This document shows positions 15,301 through 29,383 of a stretch of 64,000 nucleotides of DNA, piece by piece. This stretch comes from Lingula anatina (lineage: Eukaryota > Animalia > Brachiopoda). A model generated the notes under the pieces. The model searched no databases and was not told the origin of the DNA. It saw only the letters and a program-made list of their open reading frames with translations. Position numbers and translations under genes: made by a program. How positions within the stretch are numbered: the stretch's first letter is position 1; each line of letters starts with the position of its first letter. The DNA is taken from contig CM120641.1 in the NCBI GenBank assembly GCA_051362555.1, positions 5,022,001-5,086,000 on the forward strand, read 5' to 3'.

Positions 15301-18185
15301 TATGTGTACATAATATAAATACAACATATTTTTATACAGGTGGGCATTTAAGACTTGAGAAATTAAGCATTTTTCTGATCTTTATTGAATCCACCCTCTG
15401 TTTATCCAATAAAAAGACTATAGATACAATACCATGAAATGCTATTACAATAAAACTGATCTATTATTTATGAATGTATAAAACACCTGCTCATTAACCC
15501 AATTTTTTTTCCACAGGAAGACTTGGTCTTGGATCAGAAGATGATCACAATTTACCGCAAAAGGTAAGAATAGTGCACATGCAGATATACTCCAATGGTA
15601 CACATGTATGTCTATATTACATGAGATTTTTTAATTTTCCTGTTCTTATCAAGTCAAGTAATTAATTGAAATGTCATGCAAGCTAGGAAAGGATTTTGAA
15701 ACTCATGTATTATGCAAATACTTTTAGCTGTGTACCTGCATTTTTGTGTTTACTGGCATGTCTAAAGCCATTGCATACTTCTTAGAATCACAAATAGGGG
15801 CTCTTGCTGTATTTGATATCTGACATGTTTTATTGTTTTAATTTTGGCATTCTTAGCCAGGTAGAGGTCCTGCTGATGGCGAGTGACTTTAGAAACTGTT
15901 ACGTATATCCCTACATGTTTCTGGAGAACAGTTGATGATGAAGTATATCTCCTTATGCACTTTGTATGACACGCAAAGTGATACTTAAGATGGTAATGCT
16001 AGACATCCTTGTCCACTTAACACCCGAGTTGTTTCCTTCCTAAACTGTATGCAGCTCCTGAAATACTTGAACATGCATGCATCACAGCTGCTCAAGAGAT
16101 AATGAGGTGTGAAATAATGTGGGTTATTTCTTATCCTTTTGTCAAAAATAGTACAAGAAGGCAACTGAAGGATGTAACACCTGGATATTTGTGTGCTCCC
16201 CATCTCATCCCAGTCCCTGATATATGAGGTTAAAAGATTAAAATAATAGCAAAAAAGATGCATTTATTGCAACTCATACATGTAAAACAAAATTAAATGA
16301 TAACAATAGTGATAATGGTATGTACGTATTGCAACTTGTTTTAAGCAATTTCAAAAATGATCGTAATGAATATTTATTGCACGTTATGTATTATCACTTA
16401 AATTGTACAAGGTGAAGAAATACCATTTTGAATGTCTTTAATTTTTTGTTATTTTTTTCATTATGAATTACAGTTGTGAAAGAGGTTTTTAAGTTTTCTT
16501 AGACTTATGGTATTAACATTCTTGTGTACCATTGTTTGCTTTTATGTCTGTTTATTTGACAGCTTGTCACCTTTTTTGTTTGTTTGTTTTTTTTTAACCT
16601 TATATTCCAATGTCACCCTGATGTTTACATGAAATATTTATTACAAGCTTCATTTCTATTTCATATTTATTAATGCTTCTCACCTAAATTTCTAATTTTT
16701 ATGAGCTGGCTATCAATAATAATGAAGTCAAGAGTTCAACAAGTCATTTCGCTCTTTGGGAATGAACATTTCAGTGTCACTCTGACCTGGTGTTTTTATG
16801 AATAATTTGAAATATTTACGAGTACCTGCATCTCTTTTTCATATTGAACTAAAAGAGCACTCAGAAAGTGCACACCTCGTCCAAGGCATATCAGTTCTCA
16901 TGAATACTTTTTTAATTAATGGACCAGCAGTTGAAGTTAATGGATTCTTAGTTGGGCGTTTGTGACCTGTCCTGAAAATTTTATCAAAATCTGCCCGAGA
17001 TGTTTTAGTGAGGTTTTTTAAATAGCTTAAAAGTAACTAGTCAGCAAAGGCAAAAACATCACCTCCTTGGCTTTTTATTTTTATTTCACATATTATTTGT
17101 CTGCAAAATTAAGTTTAAGTAACTTAATGCAAATCAAGCAGGCATAAAAACATTTTGATGAACGTACAGTAACAGGGCCACTATACAGGTGTATGTTCTC
17201 TCATCCTTACAAGTACATGCCAGTTCCAGATGCCAGATCATACATCCAATTAGATTTTCATAACAGCATTTTTGTCTTTTTCCCTACTGATACTAAAAAT
17301 ATAAGGGGAATGCAATTTTGTCTGAAAAAAACCAAACATTATCATAATTATTAATTATGTTTCTTTGATTTGACACATTTCACTTGAAGGCCAATTTTAT
17401 TTTATATTTTTTTTCCTTTTTTTTTTTTTTGTGTGTGTGTAATAACACAAATCTTTGATCCTGAAAAAGTTACGGGTGCATTCAAAAACTGATTTGTACA
17501 GTTGAAAATGAATAAATACATTAAAATAACTTCAGCACATTTGTGATAAACCCGTGCATCTTATGGAAAGGATGGAAGCTGAAAATGAATATATATACAA
17601 TAAAATAACTGCAGCACATCTGTGATGAAGCCATGTATCTTATGGAAAGAATGGAATTATTTTTGAAATATAATGTAGTCTTCAGCAGGGAAATGTTTTC
17701 TCGCCAGGTCATCACTCGAGGCAAGCACTCGGTTCGCAGTGTTCTAGCTGGATCAGATGGCACTTTTTTGCTCACCCATGATGGCAGGGTCCTGGCTGCT
17801 GGGAGTAATGAAGAAAACAAACTGGGCTTTAATAGTTCAGCTGCAGGCCTTAGGAAGAAACAGGTAGAGTTCACTTAATGGGCAGTTTACAGGAGTTTTG
17901 TTGACTAAAAATGTCCCATTTTATGTTAAGTAGTGGAAGTGTTCCTTTAATTTATTGATGTTAATAATTAAGCAATATGTTTATTACCATCATTATTATT
18001 ATGTCATTGATATGATCATTAACATTGCCATATTGATATAGTAATAAATCAGTATATTTGATTTTTTTTATTGAGCATCATCTTAATCCAATACAAATTC
18101 TTCATCACTACTTACATACACACATATTCATACACATACAAGCATATCCTACTATAGATCTCTTAACAGAAAACTATGGCCATGC

Positions 18186-18253
<68 letters not shown>

Positions 18254-21200
18254 CAGCATTTTCATGTATAGATATATAAATTAATTAAAATGGCTTTAAT
18301 GGACACCAGTGATATTTTTGTGTAATGTCTGTTTGCGTTTAATGTTTGTTTTGGTGTCTAGCTTTTGATGATTGTTATATGCTACTGTACACCTGTTTCT
18401 TCCAGATCTCCTATGATATCCCCTGTAAATATAAGTTCACCACAGTGAAGCCATTAGTCAGGTTCCATGTGGTCAGTTTGTCTGCAGGACGGACACATTC
18501 AGCTGTGATAGACTGTGAGTAAAAGAAATGAGTTCACTCCATATTTTTTTCTTTTTGGTTATGGTAATGACTGGATCTTTTAAATGATGAAAAATTATCA
18601 ATTTTAAGGATATGTTATTTTAGAATCATTAAAGATATATTTTTGTGTAGCATCTGTGGTGCTTTTTCTGAATAAAATAAAACTATGAGGTAACTTGCTC
18701 TTCAGTTTTGTTCTACCGCTCAATAGGAGTGTCCTAATTTCAAGAATTTATGACTTACAGTATCTTTAAAATTCACAGTTTTTCCCATTGAAAAGATTAA
18801 GTCATTACCATATTTATAGTGCAACACAGCATGTAGATGAAGCATTCCCCAACTATCAGTGCCAATGTTAGTGCAGTGTTAGTTTTTACTCTGGCGGATA
18901 CTTAGCAGACTTGCTAAGTATATACCCTATTCCTTTTTTGAGGATATTGTTAGCCTTTGCCAAAAACTCCTTATTTACTGCCTTACATACATTTGTTTGG
19001 ATAACAGATAAATCCTTTAGCATTTACGCACATGTCATCTTGCGGGTGATGTCATAATTGCGATTTTGGGGTTAATATTGAGAAATCAGTTCTCAAATTT
19101 TTCTTTTACCTGAGCACCCATGAACACCCTTTTAATGCCAATTTAATAATACCATTTAGTACTCCAAGTATTGGGCATATTAAATAATTAGAGCTTATCC
19201 ATCAATGCCTGTGCTTTTTGCAGTTGTTCAGAAGTAGAAAGTAATATCATGGCTACGTCTTACAGTTCAGTTTCCTTCCTTTTCTTTACAGTATATGGTC
19301 ACCTTATCACCTTTGGTGCCAACAAGTATGGCCAGTTAGGCCTAGGGGACTATAAACCCAGGCCTAATGGTGTCAGTGTGATCTCTAATGTGCTGGCAGG
19401 GAAGAGAGTTGAGAGGGTGGCCTGCGGAGATGGATTTACTGTGGTAGCGACGAGTTCAGGTTTGTGGGTTAATGTATATTTGAAAGACAGAACTTTTTGA
19501 ATTGCGAGATCAAAATATTTTTTAAATCAAAATAATAATATGAAAGGAGTGTATGTTTCCTGGAGATATTAAAAAATTCATTAGGATAGATTCTTTAATG
19601 TGATGTTATGAATATGAAATGCTATATGATAGTATTATCATTTCAGACAATCAGATTTACTCCTGGGGTAATGGAGAGAATGGCCGTCTGGGGTCCGTGA
19701 GTGATACAGCCAAAGGTGGACCCAATGGTCAGTGTGTGGCCATTCCCAGGCCAGTATTTGGTGCTCTCCATGTGGTGCCAGACATGTCCTGTAGGAAATG
19801 GCATACTATAATAATAGCAGGTCAGTTATACTAACTTACATGTTCTTGGTACTCTTCATGAATAGGTTCACATAGGGAAGAAGCAGGTCATGACAAGTGA
19901 CCATTCACTAATATATCAACCTACACTTAAGAAAAAACCATTTTTCAGTTGTTCTTTAAACTTGCCACCAACCCATGTCTTGCCAGTAGTTACATTTGTG
20001 GTTAAGTGGCCATAACTGCAGTTCTGTAACAGTGAACTTTTTTATGGTGAATGCTCTTATTTCCTTAATGTGATTTACTTGGTCATGTGAATGGGACTGT
20101 TGCATATGTTCATGTGCTTGAAAAAACAGAAAGTCCATCATATTGTGTCAGTATCTTTCCAGTGAATCTTTTCAGTAAAAGTTAAATAGTTATCAAGTTG
20201 AAGCAACATTTGCACACACTCAGAGAACATATTTACACCCATTTTTATTGATTTATACATCTTTTCCCCCTGAATTTTAGAGAAAGTATTACACCAGAAG
20301 ACCATCAAGTCTCCAAACAGCAGTGGATCTGGAGGAAACTGTATGTATATTTACACATATCATGAGATAAAGTAATAGTGCAGACTACTTTTTATCAGCC
20401 TTAATAGATTGTTATGCCACACAATATCCATTGGCATGCACTCTTTTCTCATTAACCCAGTGAAAAGAAAAGTGTGTTACTTAACATTTTCACACTTACG
20501 TCTCATATTCAAATATCCCCTGGATTGGTTTACTTTTCTCATTATGAAGTTAAATTTTTTTTTTTGTTTTCCCAAATTGGCACTTAGTATTCCTGTGGGT
20601 CTTAAATCCTGTGCTAGTTACATTTTTTAAATATCTACAGTAACAGTACTGGCAGTGCATAATATTAAAAAATTGATGGTGTTTACGCTGTTCAGTGCAT
20701 CAAAATTGACCAAAAAAAAAAAATAATAGATAGATAAATAAATAAACACATCTTGTACACTGCCATCTATTGCCAATACATATTAAAGGCAAAAGTGGAC
20801 ATTCATTATGGATGCTTGTTATATTAGGGAAAACTTGTGATTAGAAGTGAGTGCAGTTGATTTGGTTTATTCAACATTTTTTGGTAGCAAAAACAGTTTG
20901 TATATTATTCTATTATTTGAATATTATGCTATTTCAAAAAGTACAGTGTTGCAATGCTCAAAGGTTAAAATAAAATATGAATTACTAAGTACTTCAAAAC
21001 TAGCCGAGGTACTTCCATAGTTACTATTGAACACATATTACACTTAGGAAGTCACATATTGGAAATCTTACTGTGACCTTGAATTTGACCTTTGACCTGT
21101 TTTTCACCATGAAGCGCACTATTCATATTTATCTGTCCCTTTTTGTACACAATTAAAATTAACATACATTCATAGTTAACTTGAATGAGCTTTATCTAGC

Positions 21201-24200
21201 TGGCAGTACAATACATGTATAAACTGCAGTGCAAAATCAGTGAAAATAAAATTTGCTTCAGAATCTATTTATTTAGCAATATTATGGCTGCCAAAAGAAT
21301 AGTATTACACATGTAGTACATTCATATTCAAGTTAATACTTGAAACAATAAACGTCTGACTTGAAGTCAGCATTTTTCTGCCTAGATGACAGGGCTCTGT
21401 GACCCCCACAGCCAGGTCTAGGGTAACGGATGGGAAGGTACACTTTCTGATCGGACACCCAACCCCATGCACACACGTCTAGCCCATCTTCCCATGCAGC
21501 TCGCATTTGGTTTGGTGTTGCAATTTTGGCACCATGTTCAATGCACATCTGTTCGGCTTGGTTAAAGGAAAGTCTGTAGTGGCCCTCAGATGAACTAACA
21601 TGGAAAACTGGAACTTAAGATAATAGTTCTTATGTAGAACTCTGAAATTTAGTGAAGAGCATGAAAGGAAATATATGACAACAACTCTTAATGTCTACAG
21701 TTACTGCAGGAATATAATTTAAGCTGGGATATTTCCACATTCAGCAGGTTGCTTTGCTTGCACTATCAAATGGGTTAAATTGTTTAAAAGTTAAAATAAA
21801 TTGAATTTTCAGTCAATGATTGAAGTTTATCATAAGTAAATGTATTAAAAAGAAAAAAAATGACAAGGAAAAACAGGGATAGAGTTTCCTAAGCATGAGG
21901 GGATTTTTTTTTTTAACAAAAAATGAGCTGTGAAATGCCTTTTGATACATTTTTAGAATACCAGCACATGGGTGATTGGAATAAAGGCATGTCAGAAACT
22001 CAATCAAGTCTGAAAACACGTTTTTGATATAATTATTTTGCATCCATAATTTTTAGCTGTGATCATGCTATTGCAAATTTCTCACATGAAGTGTTCTTTT
22101 AAAATAATATTTAATCAGAAATTCAGTCCTTTTTCCTTGATGCCTAATATCAACTTCACGTTTCCATTTCAAACAATGTATCTGAATATTTGGTAAATCC
22201 TCCCTTTGTTTCACCCCTATGAAAATATTGAGTCCACTGTTGAAGAAATACCTACTGTGTTGTCTTCTTACAAGTTGTTCCACCAGTGTCTTCACAGCCT
22301 GTAGTTGTTTCTGGAGGTTTGTAATGTCCTGTCAGGTCAAAAATGCACAGATTGTTTTAAAGATTTTAAAGATTATTTACTTTTATTTATATGTGGGAAT
22401 AAGAATTAAATATTTACTGTATAATTATATGAACAGCAGCCTGTTATGAACTTGTTTTGAAAATTCTGTCTGGCACATCTACTAAAGCTGCTAAACAATA
22501 GTTAATTGCCCCCTTAGAGTTTCAGTAGGCATGTCAGATATCAGAGCTGCTCAAGCTGAAAGCAATTTAGTGAGAAATCCCTCGGAGATGGGTCGGTCCT
22601 GCTAGATTGATCCAGGCATGGGAACAGGGTCTTAGACATGTTTCGCTAGGTATTAGATTTATATTTTCAAACTTGGCATTGACTGAAGGAAACCCATAAA
22701 CCCAAACTCTCATATGAACATAGGTCTTTTTTTATATCAGTAAATTCTATACATGTTGACTTACCTGGCTGGCATCACAAGTGAAACAGAAATTCACACT
22801 TGTCAAGAAGGCAGTAACAATAGTGCAAAAGCAGAATTTCCACAACATCTTGTCTTAGGTTTGTCTGCTTATTGTGCAATAACAAGTTTTATTGGATCAA
22901 AACTTATTTATAAATGATATGGCAAATGCCTTCATTTACATATCATGGGATGGTAGTTATACTAGACACTGACAGGCTGAAAGCAATTAGATCTAAGAGC
23001 TCATTCCCAATGAAACTATTGTTCTACACAAATCGATCTGTTTAAACAGGGACTCTCGCTGAATGCAATCAGATTGACAGATTAAAATGCCTCCTCCTGG
23101 CCCTTAAGTAGAATACAGAAAAGCTGGTGATTATCTTGAGTATGTTGGAAACAAGAGGAGGCATGTACATCTAATAATCTGATTACATTCAGCGAGAGTC
23201 CCTGTGGAGTAGGATTGTTTACCTAAAATGATAGTTTCATTGGGTATGAGCCCTAAATGATGAAGGAAGTAATTATTTTAATTAAACAAGCATCCTCACA
23301 GTAGTAATTCAATCATTTGAATAACATTACGGAAATTGTGATTTGATTCGTGGAGTGTACATACCTACTTGATTGCAAACTGCTTCAGATAGCATTTAGA
23401 CCACACTATCTGTGATCTATTGCAGTTGGATATAAAAGCACCTTTTTATTGCATCATGTGGCGTTAAGTTTCATCAGCCATTGTAAAAACAAGTCATGGC
23501 AGTATTATTTCATCAAGGTTATTCTCATATTAAACAATGTAGAACTTTAAAAGGCCAAGATTAAAGATGATAATGGGAACAGACTAAGGACTAAATCTTA
23601 CATAAATGCTAGGGGCCTTATGTACCTAGTATATTTTTCCAATTTTTTCTTTAATGTTAGGACAGTGAGATAATTTGACATGAATACAGGCCCTTTGTTT
23701 ACCAACTGTTGTCATGCATGTGCTTTATATTTTTTAATTTATAAACATGATGATTTATTTATTCTGAAATTGATATAACCATAAATGTTGTTACTTACAA
23801 AAATACAGGGAAGCAAAGATTTCAGATATTAAAATATTTTTACTCAGAAAAACACAATGAAGCAAAGATTTCAGGAATCAAAAATGCGATTTTAGGAAAC
23901 AAAATTATGTATAGATCTAGTAAACCTCATATATGTGAGCTTTCAACAAGCTAAAAACATTCTGATATCCGAACTAAGAAAAACACTGAAATAAGATGAT
24001 ACAAAAGAGGATTCGATTCCAGTTGTGATAACATACAACCTTCGGACCATAGTACGCTCCATTCAGCAAAAAATATTCTTCACCATATTAGTTCCATTAT
24101 ACTAAAAAACAGATACTGGTCAGATTATTTTTTGTGAAGTATTTTCCATGATATGTATGAGTTTCAATCCCCATGGGCATAAATCCTGTGCTAGTAACAT

Positions 24201-27200
24201 TTTCCAAATTTTCTGAAAACATTGTGAGATTTACTGTAATTCACCTAACTTTTCTGATACAGCATGCACAATATAGATCTATCAGGATATATTGCCTCCA
24301 CCCACTGCAATCTGACAACTACCACAATCAAGACAGCATGACCTGTATTTTACCCTCAACCATGTCTTCTATTGTCATCTGATTGGTTAGTAGACATGTC
24401 TACTAATTTGATTTGATTGGATGGCTGCACATCAATCATTCGATATGAGGGTCAAGAGCAAGTAGGAAGAAGAAGGGAGTGTAGGATAAAACTACTGTAT
24501 ATAGGGTGCAGTTGTAATAGTAGTACATTATTAAAATTGGTATTTATTATGTAATTGAACATTATGTTATCTTGCATCACAATTGATAAAAAAAATAATT
24601 TAATACACTTTCATCATTATATTAGTTGTAAAATGTATTGACTCCATTGTTTCTATCAGTTTTTTCATTTTGTCTGTGTTTCATTTTGATATTTATAATA
24701 ACCATGGATAACATACAGTTATTATTTGTAAACGTATTCAAATATCCCCTGGATTGGTTTACTTTTCGCGTTAAGAAGTTTTTTTATTTTTATTTATTTA
24801 TTTTTTTTTTCCAAATTGGCATCATCAGTGTGTGACTTAGTATTCCCGTGGGTCTTAAATCCTGTGCTTGTTACATTTTTTAATATCTACAGTAACAGTA
24901 GTGCCAGTACATAATATTAAAAAATTGGGGGCGACTATGCTATTCAATGCGTCAAAATTGACCATAAAATCTACTATTTATTTAGCAATATTTTGGCTGC
25001 TTAAAAAGAATAGTGTTACATAATATTATGTAGTGCGTTCATATTCAAGTTACTACTTGAAACAATAAACGTCTGACTTGAAGTCAGCATTTTTCTGTGA
25101 AGATAACAGTTTTCTGCGACTCCCACAGCCAGGTCTAGGGTAACGGATGGGAAGGTACACTTTCTGATCAGACACCCAGCCCCATGCGCAGACATCTAGC
25201 CCATCTTCCCATGCAGCACATATTTGGTTTGGTGTTGCGATTTTGGCACCATGTTCAATGCACATCTGTTTGGCTTGGTCGAAGGAAAGTTTGTAATTGC
25301 CCTCAGATGAATGAACATGGAAAACTGGAACTTAAGATAATAGTTCTTATGTAGGACTTAAAAAATTCAAGGAAGAAAGATAAGTAAATAGACTCTTAAG
25401 GTATTAAAGTACATATATGACCACAGCTCTTAATGTCCACATTTACTCTAGGATTATAATTTGATTGGGATATTTCTACATTTACCAATTCTGAAAATCT
25501 GCTATTGATACAAGTATTTTGCATCAATAATTTTCATGACATGATCATGTTTTCACAAGAGGCAAATTCTTCACATGAAGTAATCTTTTAAAATGAAATT
25601 TAATCAGAAATTCTGCCCTTTTTCCTTGATGCCTAATACCAACGTATAGTTTCCATTTCAAGCAATGTATCTGAATATTTGGTAAATCCTCCCTTTGTTT
25701 CACCTTTATGAAAATATTGAGTCCACTGTTGAAGAAATACCTACTATGTTGTCTTCTTACAAGTTTTTCCACCAGTGTCTTCACAGCTTGTAGTTGTGTC
25801 TGGAGGTTTGTAATGCCCTGTCAGGTCAAAAATGCACAGATTATGTTTAAGATGTTAAAGATTATTTACTTTTCTTTTTATGAGGGAATAAGCATTAAAT
25901 ACTTACTGTATAATTATATGAACAGCAGCTTGTTATGAACTTGATTTGAAAGTTCCAGCTTAAGTGGCTAAGATGTCTGGCACGCCTACTGAAGCTGCTA
26001 AACAACAGTTAAAGGGATAACAACTGTTCATTTTGGCCAAAAAAAATGGATTTTCCTGGGGTAAAGGACAACTTTCCCATACTTACCCATAAACCCAAAC
26101 TCTCATATGAACAAAGGTCTTTCGTTACATCAGTAAATTCGAAACGTGCTGACTTACCTGGCCATCATCGCAAGTGAAACAGAAATTCACACTTGTTAGG
26201 AAGACGGTAACAGTAGCGCAAAAGCAGAATGTCCACAACATCTTGTCTTAGGTTTGTCTGCTTATTGTGCAATAACAAGTTGCATTGGATTAAAACTTAT
26301 TTATATATGATATGGTTAATTCCTTCATTTGCATTGGGATGGTAGTTATACTAGACACTGACAGATTGAAAGCAATTAGATCTAAGAGCTCATTCCCAAT
26401 GAAACTATCGTTCTACTTAAATCAATCCAATGTCACAGAGTCTCTTGCTGAATGCAATCAGATTAACAGATTAACATGCCTTCTCCTGGCTGTTAGGTAG
26501 AACACAGAAAGCTAGTGATTATACGAGTACATTGGAAACAAGAGGAGGCATGTTCATCTATTAATCTGATTGCATTCAGCGAAAGTTCTTGTGGAGTTGG
26601 ATTGATCTATGTAAAATGATACTTTCATTGGGTTTGAACCCTAAATGATGTCAGAAGTAATTATATTAATTAAATGATCATCCTAAGAGACGTAATTCAA
26701 ACATGAATATTATTATGAAAATTGTAATTTCATTCGAGGAGTGTACGCACCTGCTTGATTGCAAGCAGCTTCAGATAGCATTTAGATCAAACTATCTGTG
26801 ATTTATTACAGTTGCAAATAAATGCACCTTTTTATTGCATCATTTGGCATAAAGTTTCATCAGCCAATGTAAAAACAAGTCATGGCAGTATCATTTCATC
26901 AAGGTTATTCTCAAATTTAACTATGTAGAACTTGAAAAGGCCAAGATTAAAGATGATAATGGGAACAGACTAAGGACTAAATCTTACATAGCCTGGAAAA
27001 ATGTTGGGGGCCATATGTACCTAGTATATTTTTGCAATTTTTTCTTTTATGTTAAGACAGCTAGAGAATTTGACATGAATATAGGCCCTTTATTTACCAA
27101 CTGTTGTCATGCTTGTGCTTCATACTTTTTAATTTATAATATATCTAATTTATAAACATAAAAAAATGAGATGCTTTATTTATTCTGAAATTGATCTTAC

Positions 27201-28835
27201 CATGAATATCGTTACCGACATAAATACAGGGAAGCAAAGATATTCAGGAATTAAAATATTTTTATACAAATTATTAAATATTTATAACATTTATTTATTA
27301 AATATTTATAGCATTCATGGAAAACATACATTTATTATTTGTAAACATGGATGAAATTAATGAGAGGTAGGATGTTAAAAGTTGATTTTTATTTCCCTGT
27401 TTTCAGTGCAAGCTCAAACAGAAGCCAGCCAATGTGATAGTGTTTTTAACAGCAGTTTTGGTGAGTCAGAGGAAGATGAATCCCCACGCCACAAAAGTTA
27501 CGACTCTGGTGTGGCACAGTCAAAGAGAGTAGAGGACTCAGTGCCAGATTGGCTCAAAGCAGTAAGTCTTTTCCCAATAATTGTACCTCCAGCATAGGTA
27601 GTGAGGTACCTTGGATCTGGCCTGCAGCGGCTGTGCCCACACGTATCTGCACATGTCCTCCACATATAAAACATTGCTACCACTACTCATAGACTATTCT
27701 GAAATACTGAAATATTAAGTTATTTGGTTTTGTATGACATGACATTGGGGTCAGTCATCGTATGGAGGCACCATTGCCAAACCCTTTTGTTTAAAACATA
27801 TATGTATTATATCTCAATAAATTATAATTATCAAATTTAAAAAATCATGGGTATAGTCATATTGACGTAAAAAGGGATATGTCATATGAAATCAATTCAA
27901 ACCTTAAATCTGTGTTGGCCTTTGACCTCTTTTCAAGGTCAAATAGGGATGTTGAGGTAATTTTTTTTGTGTGTGTGTGTTAATAATGTTGTTTCTAGTG
28001 CTTATCATAAATTTCATGGGCCAGTGCATCACTGTAACAGTTAATATTATCCTTGAGTTTGGGGTCAGTGGGTGCTTTTACGTGTGACTACCATTATTGT
28101 AATATGTTAACACTAAATTTTCTCTTTATGTTGTCATGGCAACTGCTGGAAAATCATGGTTGTTGCAATTTCTGTTTTAAGTTTTCTGAATACCACTACT
28201 ACTAGAATATTAGCAAAATGAACCCTTTTTTTCAGGCCAAACATTTTGGTAAGGTGAAGAGAGCTAAATTAAAATTTAAATCTTATATTATTGATCTGAA
28301 TAAATGTCAGGCTAAAATTAATTGATATTGATAGTACTGTGATTGTTTCAGGAACTAGAAGATGCAGAGTTTATACCTGTGGATGGTAAAAGTCCTCCTG
28401 TGGTTCCAAAGTTAAACTTGTCTCAGTCTGTCATAAAAAGTGAAACAGGAGCAGAAAAAGAAATAACGGAGTCCAACATGGTGAGTTTTAATGTCCATGC
28501 TCCTTGCATGGTTCCTCAATAGTATATACATTAGGCATTCACCAAGTTAAACTTGAAACTAAGAATTCTATTAGAAAGCCCTAACTTGTTTTTTGTATTG
28601 TATGGAGCAACCATTACAAAATTTCACATAATTTTTTTTTTATTTTGACATGAAAAGGAAAGTGTACAGTAAAAAGAAATCACAGGTCTGTCATTATCTT
28701 TGGGACCCTTGTATAGGCCCTATCTTCTATTTAGTTTTCCCTGTGCATAGCACATTCCCAGGTATAGTATTTCACATGACATAGATTTATGCAAACCATC
28801 CCATCTGCCAGAGTTCAGGTATCAGTCATATTAGC

Positions 28836-28896
<61 letters not shown>

Positions 28897-29351
28897 TTTT
28901 TGGGTGTTGGGGGATTGAACAATAAAATGGCTGATGCAGTATGAAAATTAGTTAACTAGTAGCGGTATATGTAGCAGCATGCTACAAATACAAAGAGTAC
29001 ACTTCATCAATCAATATAGATGTTAGATGTGCGTATAAAGTATCATAGCTGTTCTTGGCTTCTCAGACCTTTTGTCACAAATGCCAAGGACTTTTCAAAT
29101 TTCAAACTTGCTGGTAGTTTTCCATTCATTTGCGACTGTCTAGGAACAAATAACATAAAAAAATCCCCCTAGCATTATTACTGCTGTATCGTTTGATAAT
29201 GGTGATTTCCATGACTTTCAAACACCTAGCTAAAATCAATGTGATGTGGGTGCTACATAGCTTTCATTTGTGGTGAAAGTGTAAACAATCTCAGTTCTGG
29301 GTTCAAGCTGAGGACGCTTGTCCTGATAATAATGATGATGATGACAATCAG

Positions 29352-29383
<32 letters not shown>

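Larger units (their letters stand above)
20500..27270. repeat. Tandem segmental duplication (unit 1 ~20500-23880, unit 2 ~24735-27270)
   Basis: Collinear similarity through 3' flank, exons, introns, promoter, MITE and upstream flank. For example, CAAGATTAAAGATGATAATGGGAACAGACTAAGGACTAAATCTTACATA occurs at ~23556 and ~26942. Confidence 0.92.

Noticed and set aside
15931-16170. Box C (ATGATGA) suggesting an intronic C/D snoRNA
   Set aside because: No CTGA box D followed by a closing terminal stem at a plausible distance.
22068-22449. Duplicated ORF pairs (also 25545-25938), superficially like small toxin/antitoxin genes
   Set aside because: They are the Link-gene exon 2 read into the intron and its antisense shadow, repeated because of the duplication.
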